DNA of 63,883 nt, the filler included, from Octopus bimaculoides (Eukaryota), in assembly GCF_001194135.2 (NCBI RefSeq). It is 7 parts of 7 records of this genome, joined end to end, with 100 filler letters (N's around TTAATTAATTAA, not from the genome) between each part and the next. Parts side by side here need not be neighbours in the genome. Positions count along the whole stretch, not along the records: positions 50,750 to 56,137 come from NW_026358328.1; positions 56,238 to 62,211 come from NC_068986.1; positions 62,312 to 63,883 come from NW_026343479.1; 4 more parts are not named here. The stretch is one strand, 5' to 3'. Positions 52,701 through 63,883 of the stretch are shown piece after piece. The notes under the pieces are model-generated. The model was given only the letters and a program-made list of their open reading frames with translations, was not told the DNA's origin and did no database searches. Position numbers and translations under genes: made by a program. The stretch's first letter is position 1. Every line of letters starts with the position of its first letter.

Positions 52701-53101
52701 ACACACACTCCTTCTTTCCTTCTTTCTATCAGCCCTTTCACCCTTACTTCGTTCATTCCCCTCTTCGTTCTTTCGTTCCCCCCTCTCTCACATTTCCTTA
52801 CCTTCTCTTCATGCTCACTTTCCTTCCTCTTGCTCACTTTCTCGACCCTCTTTAATTCTTCTATCCTTCTGCCTCTACCTCTCTCTCTTCTCTCCCCACG
52901 TAACGAGTGTTCAGCCAAGCCTGACCTTTCTTTCTTGGTTCGGCTACCATCCGTGCAACATCTATATTCCTCCCTGTGTCTGTCAAATCTTATGTCCCTG
53001 CCGTAAGGCTTTACTTCCACACACACGCCAGTTTAATTTAATTCGGCCTTAGTCGAAAGAAACCTGTTGTTATGCCCTGTCATTTGCATTTGTATATATA
53101 T

Positions 53102-53580
53102 ACTAGACTACCCGTGGCTCATTGTGTCACCAGTGGTTCAAGGTACCCGAGAAAACCGCATATCTCGGGAATCCGTGGTCCGATTTACGCGAAACTTCTG
53201 TTATTCCGTGTCTATTCACATTTCAACGGTACCTTACTTTCAAATCATTTTCCCCATTATATGTCGGTCTGGCTATTTATATACCGCATATCTCGGTAAC
53301 CCACGGTCCGATTTCTGTAAAACTTGTTTTATTCCGTTTGTATTCACATGAACATCCGATTCATGTCGTCTCCTGCTTTTGTCTCTTTCCCTCTGTTTCG
53401 CCAGATGCTCAGCTCTTCGAGTGTCCGATTCCTGATCTCTCCTGCTTCTCTCTGTTCCGCCAGACGATCAGCCCTTGTTTCATCAGTCTCATCGATCCTG
53501 TTATTCGCATGCCTCTCCCGATCTTGAATAAGTATTTCGTGAAGGACCCGTTCTTACTTCGGTGTGTGCAAGTGATGTAA
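53102..53580 (-). mobile_element. Probable Helitron deletion derivative (Rep N-terminal R/E-rich repeats joined to a CTAG end)
   Basis: actag at 53102; minus translation ETDETRADRLAEQRE...RAEHLAKQRERDKSRRRHE; 67-bp direct repeat at ~53155 and ~53283. Confidence 0.5.
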
Positions 53581-53728
53581 TGCTGGATACATATTAGTCA
53601 ATAATAATAATACCCCACTTGAATGGGCCACGATACTACAGAACTTTACTTACAAATGACTTAGCAGATCCTGTCGGGTGGTGCTATTAAGTCAGACATA
53701 ACCTGGATAAATTTCTGACTGAAACGTA

Positions 53729-54610
53729 CGAGGTCTGACCAATAAGTATCCGGACTGTTGGCATAGTAATGAAGCTAAAGCACGCAAAGTGAAGCCGCTA
53801 GGCGCTGGCTGACTTTTAACTCTGCTGTACATGTACACTAAGTTTTAATGTTCTAGCTCGCTTCCGCTGTTTACAACATTGCTTTGAAGGAAGGTGTGTA
53901 GCAAGATCGTCGCATTGACTACGACAGAGGAAGTTGTCGTGGTAATACCTGCTCAGAGGCCTACGCGAAGTTGCAGAAAATATATGGAGAGGAGTTTATG
54001 AGCCGCACACAAGTGTACGAGTGGTTCAGGCGTTTCCAAGATGACCGAAAAAATGTCGATATTGACGAACGTTCTGGGAGACCCGCAGCCAGCAAAACTG
54101 AGAACATTGCAGATGCGCGTGCAACTGTGAGGAGAAATCGTCGAATCAGAATCCGTGAGTTATCAGAGGATGTGCATATTAGTTACGGTCCAGTTCAGTC
54201 CATTATCACTGAAGATTTGGATACGAGACACGCGTCTGCCAAGTTTGTGCCACGGCTGCTTTCAGCTGAGCAAAGAGACGCCGCTCGGGTTTCAGTTGCA
54301 GAAGATCTCTTTGGTTGTGCCGGGAAGGATGAAGACTTTTGTCAACTTTGCGTAGGCCTCTGAGCAAGATTTTAGTAAAATTTGATGCAGATTCTCTGCT
54401 CAGTTTTCTCCGTCATGGCCAATGCGACGATCACACGCTACACACGTGCCTTCCAAGCACTGCTGTAAACAACAGAAGTGAGCTGTAACATTAAAACTTA
54501 GTGCGCATGCACAGCAGAGTTCAAGGTCAATCTTTGCCCAGCGGCTTCTTGCTGCGTGCTTTAACTTCGTTACTATAGCAACAGTACGGATACTTATTGA
54601 ATAGACCACG
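53729..54610 (+). mobile_element. Mariner-family element, fold-back derivative with TA target duplication; transposase N-terminus only
   Basis: TA at 53727-28 and 54611-12; 74-bp termini about 81% identical; YGEE.MSRTQVYEWF.RF, RSGRP, AKFVPRLL; no catalytic domain. Confidence 0.92.
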
Positions 54611-55036
54611 TATCTAAGTTTATCTAAGTTTCTTTTTAATAGTGCATGCTACCCGCTGAAATGATAATTCACAGCGGTCTATAAGCACCCAGACACTTCC
54701 CCGTCGAAAATGACAGCCTTTATATAATATACTTTTTTTTTTATTATAGGTGCGCTAAACGTGTTAATGATAGGTGTAAGCATTTAGTTAAAAATTTTGA
54801 TACTATATTTCAAAAAATATTACAATATTGCTAATAATACATTTGCAGCTTTACATAGAAGTCAGGTTTTCGGCTAATATTATAGTGACGTGCTTTACTA
54901 TTAAATACAAAGTGCAAAATCTTTAAGTGAGACAGGAATACACAAGTATAAATGTGAGTGTGTGTATGTTGTTATAAGTATACATGTACATATATACAAA
55001 TATATGTATATACATCTGTGTCTGTCTGTCTCCCTG

Positions 55037-55084
<48 letters not shown>

Positions 55085-55719
55085 GTTTCAGTCATTGAAT
55101 TGCAGCCATGCTGGAACACTGCCTCGCAAAGGTCCCTGCGCCTATTCCTTACTCTCTAGAACATCGCCTTATGGAACCTCCTTCCTCGTGATATCTTTTC
55201 TGGGGTGTTCACTTACAAAGGTTCAATTGGGACATTCAGATCTTCAATGTCATTTGTTTTGGAGGGTTTGGGGAGGTTATGGGTTCTGTACCGTCTTCCT
55301 GAGCCCGCTGGTAAAAACAAAGAAGTTTTTGAACATGTTCCACGCCACAACATTTTGTTTACCAATAGAAATGGAAAAATTATCTTATTTCAAGGAAGAA
55401 TACAACTATTTTGTCAACGGCATGACCTTCATGAAATTAAGAAATCAGCTTTGGACATTTGTTTGACTAAAGGTCAAACAAATGTCCAAAGCTAACTTCT
55501 TTTGGATACGGCGACCGTATCCAAAACTGATACGTCTTGCGCAGAAAAATAAAATGGTGAAACAACATCAAAGAATGAAAGACTTATTCTTCATTGTTTG
55601 ATTTTTATCGGTTCAAATCACAAAGTTGATCCAACTAAAATAAGGAACCTCCCCCCAGCTCATCTCATCGTAACTTTTAAATGATCTAAGGTGAACGAAA
55701 AGTCTAAAATTTGCTCTAG

Positions 55720-55960
55720 AATTTGTAATCCAGTTGCTGGTCCATGATAGATTGCTTTGGTGATCCATGTGACTATCATCTCCGAGCTTTCTACTAACAT
55801 ATCCATGCATGGTCTTCTCCTTATATATGCTCATCCCTTTCTTTGAAGATACGTTGCGGTAGAGTCATGAAACTTCTTCGGACATGTGTTTCAGGTTTTC
55901 AGACAAGGAATGCTGCTCAAGGAGCTGCTTTCCAACTCTTGTGAAGCCTCTTCGTATTTT
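55720..55960 (-). mobile_element. Internal fragment of the R4/Dong family seen at 14745-16860
   Basis: Reverse complement matches 15890-16090 (YKEKTMHGYVSRKLGDDS..DHQ). Confidence 0.8.
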
Positions 55961-56137
55961 TCGGGTTATCTATGTATGTATATGTGTGTGTGTGTGTATA
56001 TTTGTATGTATAAGCAGTAACTGGTTTCCTTGTTTTTACGTTAGTTTTTCCTTATATTTTTTCATTTTTCACCTTTTAAAAAAACTGCGTTTATGGATTT
56101 GTGAATGTGCCTGTCAATATGCGGGTGATTGTGCAAG

Positions 56138-56237
56138 NNNNNNNNNNNNNNNNNNNNNNNNNNNNNNNNNNNNNNNNNNNNTTAATTAATTAANNNNNNN
56201 NNNNNNNNNNNNNNNNNNNNNNNNNNNNNNNNNNNNN
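56138..56237. other. 100-bp scaffold join with TTAATTAATTAA
   Basis: 12-mer at 56182-56193. Confidence 0.95.
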
Positions 56238-57194
56238 TTTTACACAAATTACAATCAGGCTGCACTTCACCTTCGTTTTTTATGTTTCGGGTTCGATAAA
56301 TAACGTGCCAATCTCGGTCGAATGGATTGATGGAGTTTTAACAGCGTCAGCTGAGATGATTTGTGATGTATATTCTGAATCTTTTTGGTGTTTTAAATTC
56401 AAATTTATTCAGGTATTGATGAGCAGTGCTAACTGTCAGTTTGATGGCCTACCTCACCCGAATCATGATTGAACAGCGTGAACATAGAACTACAATAGCC
56501 ATAAAAGAAAAATGGCAGCGGCTTGTTAAGATTTTTATTTTCCAGCAGTGAATTGAGAGCCGCTGAACAGAATTCAATAGAATTCATGGCTAATGAGCGG
56601 AGGGTGAAAATGCAATGTTCGTTCTCTATCCTAGAACATGGATTTCGTTGTAATATTTACATCAAATGCAGTAAGTGGTTAATTCAGCAAGCATCAATCA
56701 CGGATATTGAAGAATTATTGGATTTCATATAAAGTCATTAAAAATTACCCGCTTGTCACTTTTCCACCTTTTTAAATAAATCCGAGCTGTTTCTTTTACT
56801 GATATCTGTCACTGCACCGCGGCCAAGCTGGTGCACCAGCTACCAACTTCGAATTTTGGGCCGATCATATTGACAACCAGTTTGGTATCTTATTGTATCG
56901 AGCTTTCACTGTTGGAATTACCTGGTTACTAGACATAAACGAACAAAGCATAAAACACATGGATTTTGGATTAGTGTAAACATGAAAACAGCTGCACTAC
57001 ACTAAGACACACACACACACACGCACACACACGCACACGCACGCACACATACACACACACATACATGCACACACAAACAAAAGCACACATTTACACACAC
57101 ACAAACACACACATACACATTCTCTCTCTCTCTCTCTCTCTCTCTGTCACACACACACACTCACACACACACGCACGCGCACACATGTAGTATC

Positions 57195-57605
57195 TAGGCA
57201 TGAATGTGTGGTTGAGAAGCTGGCCTTTGCAGCTATGTATTTCCGGATTTAGTTCCACTGCATCTCACCTTAGATGTGTCTTGATCTGTCCTCCCGACCA
57301 ATCCGTTGACATTGAATTTAGTAGACAGAAACGTTGAGGAAATCCATCCTTGTATTAATGTGTGTGAGCGCGCAATGTATTTGTGTGTTGTGTGTGTTGA
57401 GTGTGTGCATGCTTGCGTCTTTCTTTATGATTGTGTTGTGTTTGTCCGGAACCACATTGCTCGACAGCCAGTTTTGGTTTGCTTACGTCCCTTTAAATAC
57501 CAGACTTTAAAAGATCAGTGCTAGTGTCTATGACCAAAACCTTCAGGGGCAGTGCCCCAGCATGGCCGCAGTCCAATGAATGAAACAAGTAAACAGATGA
57601 AAAAA
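57195..57605 (+). mobile_element. SINE family A, old diverged full copy
   Basis: Head ggcatgaatgtgtggttgagaagc; tail gtgccccagcatggccgcagtccaatgaatgaaacaagt. Confidence 0.7.
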
Positions 57606-57620
57606 ATATCTTAATATGTG

Positions 57621-57671
<51 letters not shown>

Positions 57672-58073
57672 GTGTGTGTATGTGTGTGCGTGTGTGTGTG
57701 TGTGCTAATTTATGAACAGTAACAGACATTTTTCACACATTACGTTAAACAAATTCCGACAAACTCTAGTTCAACAATACGCTATAGAAGAAAGAAAAAC
57801 CGCTTCCCCAAGGTGTGAGCGTTGGGCTCGAAGCCAAACACGCTTGGTGTTTTTTTTTAAATTGTAGCCACAGTGGTATACTACATCACACCATACCTAA
57901 CCAGCCAGTCTTACCCATTCATTTGATTCTACTATAGAAGGACTGAAGGCAAATGAAAATACTAACATACAGCATTACGTACAGATATATTCCCAGTGAC
58001 ACATTATAAATGTTACAAATGTTTTGTACTTATAATTTATTGTGAATTCTAAACAGCTTTTTCTAATCATGAC

Positions 58074-58104
<31 letters not shown>

Positions 58105-58350
58105 AGTGAATCATTTACCATAATATTCTACAAGTAGATTGACTGGACATAAGCCTACTCAGTACACTTTACACTACTTTGTGTATAGGCATATACTTGT
58201 GTATTTTAATTCGAGTTATTATTCGTCATATCATTTTTTACGTTATACCGCAGTTGCGGAGCAATAGAATGGGCAATTGTGATAATTCACAGATTCACTG
58301 ACCGAGAAACTGAGAAAAGCTTTCCTGTATCTCAATAAGAAATATATATT

Positions 58351-58560
58351 AAGGCGGCGAGCTGGCAGAAACGTTAGCTCGCCGGACGCAATGCTTAACG
58401 GTATTTACGTTTTGAGTTCAAATTCCGCCGAGATCGACTATGCCTTTCATCCTTTTGGGGTCGATAAATTAAGTGCCAGTTGCGTACTGGGTCGATCTAA
58501 TCTACTGACTCCCCACTCCCCCAAAATTTCGAGCTTTGTGCGTAGAGTAGAAAAGAATAT
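58351..58560 (+). mobile_element. SINE family D, near full length
   Basis: ggcggcgagctggcagaa (A-box-like) ... gagttcaaattcc (B-box-like) ... gcctttcatccttttggggtcgataaattaag. Confidence 0.88.
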
Positions 58561-58844
58561 GAAATATATATTAAGAAAAAGGATGTAATCAGGATTTCGA
58601 TATTCAATTAGCGCTTTCGGACCTTCTAGAGATTCATCATGAATGATTCTGTTTTTTATAGAAAATTCATACCATATGTGTGTATGTGTGTGTGCGTGTG
58701 TGTGCGTGCATGTATGTTTGTGTGTGCGTGTGCGTATGTTACTGTCTATGTGTGCATGTATGTTTGTGTCTGTATGCGTGTGTGCATACATGTGTATGTT
58801 TGTATATATGTAAGTGTTGTGATTTTTAAACAAAGAAACGGAAA

Positions 58845-58935
58845 AGAAAGAAAGAAAGAAAGAAAGAAAGTAAAGAAAGAAAAAAGAAAGAAAGAAAGAA
58901 AGAAAGAAAGAAAAAAAGAAAGAAAGAAAGAAAGA
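58845..58935. repeat. (AAAG)n microsatellite
   Basis: Direct reading. Confidence 0.95.
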
Positions 58936-59452
58936 GTGGATGGAAAAGAGAAAGTATCAAAGGANNNNNNNNNNNNNNNNNNNNNNNNNNNNNNNNNNNN
59001 NNNNNNNNNNNNNNNNNNNNNNNNNNNNNNNNNNNNNNNNNNNNNNNNNNNNNNNNNNNNNNNNNNNNNNNNNNNNNNNNNNNNNNNNNNNNNNNNNNNN
59101 NNNNNNNNNNNNNNNNNNNNNNNNNNNNNNNNNNNNNNNNNNNNNNNNNNNNNNNNNNNNNNNNNNNNNNNNNNNNNNNNNNNNNNNNNNNNNNNNNNNN
59201 NNNNNNNNNNNNNNNNNNNNNNNNNNNNNNNNNNNNNNNNNNNNNNNNNNNNNNNNNNNNNNNNNNNNNNNNNNNNNNNNNNNNNNNNNNNNNNNNNNNN
59301 NNNNNNNNNNNNNNNNNNNNNNNNNNNNNNNNNNNNNNNNNNNNNNNNNNNNNNNNNNNNNNNNNNNNNNNNNNNNNNNNNNNNNNNNNNNNNNNNNNNN
59401 NNNNNNNNNNNNNNNNNNNNNNNNNNNNNNNNNNNNNNNNNNNNNNNNNNNN

Positions 59453-59488
<36 letters not shown>

Positions 59489-59834
59489 ATAATAACAATA
59501 ATCCTTTGATAGAAATTATAAACCTTTAATGCATCGCTACGCACGTTTCCACAAGTCACATGTGTTTTATGATCATAGTCCGTATTCCTGGGATTCATTT
59601 CTTCGGGCGATATAGCATTAATGGCTGTTTAACAGAGGGACGTTTTACTCCGTTTGACCAGTGCGAACGTTATTTGAGTTATGTGGGCTTTTATGTGTGT
59701 ATTTGGTGGGAAGGAAGGGAAGGAGATGTAAATAGAGAAAGGATTGGTAGTTATATGGAAATGGAAGTGTGTGTGGTGATATTGGACTTGTTTTGCTATT
59801 CAGTCTGCAGATGTCAAGGATGGGTAGTACATTC

Positions 59835-60430
59835 CTTTGTGCGATTTCATTTAAGGTATGACTATCTTCAATGAAGTCTAAAATAAACAGGGCAGCCGGT
59901 ACAGCTATTACAGACATCAGCCGTTGAAGTTCATTGTCTGAATTGTGAAATGATACTTTCTTAGGGTGACCTTGTAATTGTTTTTGATGCTACCATGGAC
60001 TAGTGTATGACATCCTTAATATTGGTTGATTTGTTTGTTTATTTGTTTGTATACCTTCCTTGGATTATAATGTTAAGGGCGTTTGATGTTATTCCGTTTC
60101 AAAATGTATTTTTCAAATTCCAGAAACGATGTTTTGCTCTCATGTTTACATGATATGATCACCTCGGAGTGTCTATTTATTACGTTTTCCATGGATGTGA
60201 TGATTTCCAGAGTTTCTTCTAGACATAAGTCGCTTACCCGTGATGTTCCGTTGTATGGTGCAGCATGTTTTATTATAGACCAGTGAGTCGTATGCTCCAC
60301 TCCATTCTCATTGGGCCTCCATGCTAGATTCGATAATGATGGGGAGTACCATTTGTTTATTTTGAAAAATGATGCAAGATGGTTACGCAGACGATTTTTC
60401 ATGGTGCGTACAGTGCCACCAATGAACATT
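59835..60430 (-). mobile_element. Penelope-like element 3' end (GIY-YIG C-terminus plus 3' region)
   Basis: RLRNHLASF...SLSNLAW, HWSIIKHAAPYNG....DLCLEE, INRHSE...CKH; same subtype as 33780-35270. Confidence 0.8.
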
Positions 60431-60639
60431 TATTTCTGCGTACCTGCGTTCTCCTCACATTTGTAAGCTACATTTTTTATCATGAAGCTATTAAACCTGC
60501 ATTCCGCTTTATGTCTACAGTTACATGTGATATTATTCATTTCAATTCTTCTAGCGGAGTTACTACGGGTGGTCCTGCGTGCGCATTGAGAGTTAACAGT
60601 GCCCTTCATGAGGCAGTGTGTGCTGAGTAACATCGCTGT

Positions 60640-61371
60640 GTTTACTACACAAGTTGTGAAATTTGTGTTCTTGTGATCACGGGTATGTTGTAGTCTCCGA
60701 TATTTGTCATGAACACGAAGCTGGAACAAAGAGCTAACGTGGAATTCTACGTTAACCTTAGCAAGTCTGCTACAGAGACGTGAGTATTCTTCGGCAAGCT
60801 TGCAGTGACAAGGCAATGGGATGTACACAATGTTTCGAGTGGCACGGGGGCTATAAAAGGCACGACAGAGTCGCAGCTCAATCAAAAGCATGCTCATCGT
60901 GTTTTTCAATATACACGTTATTGTGCATCGAGAATTCATCCGCCAGGACCAGACGGTCAGTCGAGAGTTCTACTGCGACGTTTTGAAGCGTTTGAGATAG
61001 ATCATTTGGTGAAAGCGACTGGATCTGTGCAGCGCCAAAAAATTGTATTCCTCATGACGATCATGCCCCCTGTCTCCGTGCTCTCCTCACTTGTAACTTT
61101 CTCGCTTCTGCACGCGCCCTATTCGCCAGATTTAGCGCCTATGAACTTCAATCACTCCCGAAGATGAAAATACAGCTCAAAGGTCGCCGTTTTAACATCG
61201 CAGCGTTGTCGAGATCAAGAGCGAATTGCAGAAGGCCCTCGACTCGCTTAGGGAAAAAGATTTCCAGGCTAGATTCCAAAAGTGGTGGAAACTCCGGGGT
61301 CGTTGTATTGTTGCGCAACTGAACATTTTGTAGGAAATTATGCTAAAATTTAGGTTATTTGATATCACCTC

Positions 61372-61374
<3 letters not shown>
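60640..61374 (+). mobile_element. Mariner transposase relic with an internal deletion; right TIR retained
   Basis: LEQRANVEF, TQCFEWH, then KARQ..S.KSMLIVFF, HAPYSPDLAP, LKGRRF; ends gatatcacctcg|ta. Confidence 0.85.
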
Positions 61375-61414
<40 letters not shown>

Positions 61415-62211
61415 AAAGGACAAGGGAGAATTATACACAGGAATTCTGTACAATTTCCGTGTAACAAATCATTAACAACACACATCTATGCCAGAGGATG
61501 TTGGCTCATGATTTTTCGAACTCGAGGTCTTCTTAACTAAGCAAACATTATTGCACAAGGCAAAGTAGATGAAGAAAAATATATCATTTTGTGTCCAAGC
61601 AAATTTTAATAATGGCGGTCATTTCACTTAAACTTGTCGAATTAACGAAAGATAATGAAATATTTATCTTCCATACAACTATTGGTAATGAACCCTTACG
61701 TCACATCTCATAAATTTATAAAATGCACCACCATCAAAATATTTATTATAGTTTCCATAAAATCATAATAGTTCCTAGTGACCTTACTAATTTTAGAATA
61801 TTTGATCAATAATGCGATACCCTATTGATTCAGCAAGCATTATAGGTATGTTCAAAACAGAACATGGCTGACATTATTCTCATTTACAGCTAGCAGAACA
61901 ATTGCTACATTTTTACAGTCTGTGTATATAATCTTTATAATTGCGTACATTTCTCTGGGCATAAAATATCTCAAACAGAATTTCCCTGCGGTTACATTTT
62001 CAAGAATGTTGTTAATACCACGGCGTTTGATTAACTGATTATATGTCCGTGTTTGTGTGCATGTGTGAGTATATCTAGGTGTATATATATATATAAACTT
62101 CGTTTTTGTATCTGGTTTGCAAGGCTCTTTATGTGAACTCGTGTATTGAAGCATTAAGACAATGTGACTCTCCCCAGACACAGTATGTATGTATGTATGT
62201 ATGTATATATA

Positions 62212-62311
62212 NNNNNNNNNNNNNNNNNNNNNNNNNNNNNNNNNNNNNNNNNNNNTTAATTAATTAANNNNNNNNNNNNNNNNNNNNNNNNNNNNNNNNN
62301 NNNNNNNNNNN
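62212..62311. other. 100-bp scaffold join with TTAATTAATTAA
   Basis: 12-mer at 62256-62267. Confidence 0.95.
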
Positions 62312-62329
62312 AAGTCATTTTCCATAAGT

Positions 62330-62740
62330 GGGTCAAGGACCCTGTGTAATTTTCTATGGATCTTGACAATGTTAAAACTGACCTTTGAGTTGCCTTTTCA
62401 TTTTAGGGAAGAGATTGAAGTCTGCAACTGCTAAATCTGGTAAATAGGGCAGGTGCAGAAGTGATACCATGTTTTTGGTGAGAAACTCACAAGTGAGGAG
62501 TGCTTGATGATGGTACATTGTTGCTGTGAAGAATCCAATTTGTTCATGCTCCACAGATCCAGTTGCTTTTGCCAAATGTCCTCCCTCAAACACTTCAAAA
62601 CATAGCAGTAGGTCTCTTGATTGACTGTTGAAGTCAAAAGAAAAAAAAAACGATGAGCATGCTCTTGATTGAGCTGTAGTAGCTCTGTCATGCCTTCATC
62701 AGTTGTGGAGATGAAGGCCTCTTCCATTGTGACAACTGCT
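62330..62740 (-). mobile_element. Mariner transposase relic (catalytic region), same family as 60640-61374
   Basis: HLPYLPDLAVADFNLFPKMKRQLKG, YCYVLKCLRE; shares gcactggatctgtg-like and cagctcaatcaa.agcatgctcatcg segments. Confidence 0.8.
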
Positions 62741-62769
62741 GCTTCATCACAGAGTTATACTCTTAGACC

Positions 62770-63390
62770 CAACTCTCATCACTAGTAAAGTTCCTCAACA
62801 TGAAGGATGGGTTACCCTGCCAAACTGACAGAGATCTTGGCAGATTTCGACATGATGTTCTTTCTGCTCAATTCCTTTTGAGAAATATCATTACAGATAA
62901 AACTATAACTCTCAGTAAGAGACAGCCTAAAATCTTGAAAAAGTTATTAACAAAGGCAAGGTTTGACCTCAGCAACAAAAATCAAACATTCACTGTGTCT
63001 AAATGCAATGATAGCTAATGCGGTACATACCAAATAAATCATACCTGCCCATATATGAACACAAAAACAGAGAAAATATACACAAACGCGAACATGAACT
63101 TCAAAAGTAGAAATCTAATCTACTGCATCAAATGCCGAAATTGTGAAGAACTGTACGTTGGACAGACAGGTAATGCACTATCAGAACGCTCGCGTGTGCA
63201 TCGACAACAGATTAAAAACCCAGAGGTCTGCCAAATACCACTGAGTAAACATCTGGCAACATGTGGTCGAAAAACTTTTATGATATTTCCATTTCATAAA
63301 CTTTACAACCTGAATGAAATTCAGAGAAAACTGAGAGAAAAGGACTTCATTAAGAAATTCAAACCCAAGCTTAACAAAGAATGATTAAGT
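62770..63390 (+). mobile_element. Penelope-like element GIY-YIG endonuclease end (different subtype)
   Basis: SKRQPKILKKLLTKARF, SRNLIYCIKCRNCEELYVGQTG..LSERSRVHRQQI, KFKPKLN. Confidence 0.85.
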
Positions 63391-63522
63391 TAATTTTATT
63401 TGGGGTTTAAAAATCTTATCCCTATAACTAAAACACAAAATATCTCTCAAAAGTACTGCTGTCATCATTTCTAAAAATAAACATACATACATAAATATTT
63501 ATATATATATGTATATATAAAA

Positions 63523-63740
63523 TATAATATATTGTGAAATAGTTTCAGGAAATTAATATCAGAAAAATTCTTTAGAAAGATATATACCTGTGTTGAATAA
63601 TTATTGTATTAAAAATATAAATATATATAAAAATATATGTAAATATTTTTAATACAATAATTATTCTACACATGTATATATCTTTCTGAAGAATTTTTCT
63701 GATATTAATTTCCTGATATTATTTCACAATATATTATATA
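63523..63740. repeat. Long near-perfect inverted repeat (~96-bp arms, ~24-bp spacer)
   Basis: 63523-63618 is the reverse complement of 63643-63740 with about 5-6 mismatches. Confidence 0.92.
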
Positions 63741-63883
63741 TAATTGCTCATATTAAATATATAAATACTTTAATCGTATTTATACTCTGATACAATATAG
63801 CACTCATTGTAAATTTAGTATATAATATTCTTATAGAATATATTTAACTAAAGATTTATATATATGTATATGTATATGTATAT

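Noticed and set aside
56825-56840. 16-bp palindrome agctggtgcaccagct
   Set aside because: Single short palindrome with no supporting context.

Overview
This is a eukaryotic (animal) window, AT-rich and saturated with microsatellites. The SINE/LINE repertoire and SSR style point to a coleoid cephalopod, most likely Octopus (inference, not a database result). Roughly a sixth of it is N, including six 100-bp scaffold joins carrying an artificial TTAATTAATTAA spacer. No intact host gene can be supported: almost every listed ORF is a translation of SSRs or gaps, and the few protein-like ORFs are decayed transposon fragments. Those fragments are a Ty3/gypsy gag-integrase remnant, RTE, CR1-type and R4/Dong-type (RLE) LINEs, three Penelope-like GIY-YIG elements (a fourth is possible), Helitron pieces and three mariner relics. 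At least five short interspersed repeat families are also present, given local labels A-D and F. The most interesting unexplained structure is (i) minimal type-I hammerhead-ribozyme motifs, one with an intact core and one a core variant in a dispersed ~190-bp repeat (possible Penelope pLTR or retrozyme); (ii) a fold-back mariner built from two inverted 5' halves; (iii) a pile-up of R4/Dong LINE ends in (TAA)n and (CATA)n arrays; (iv) twin perfect hairpins at 55447-55526; and (v) a ~220-bp near-perfect palindrome at 63523-63740. Coordinates of decayed elements are approximate and were read by eye.
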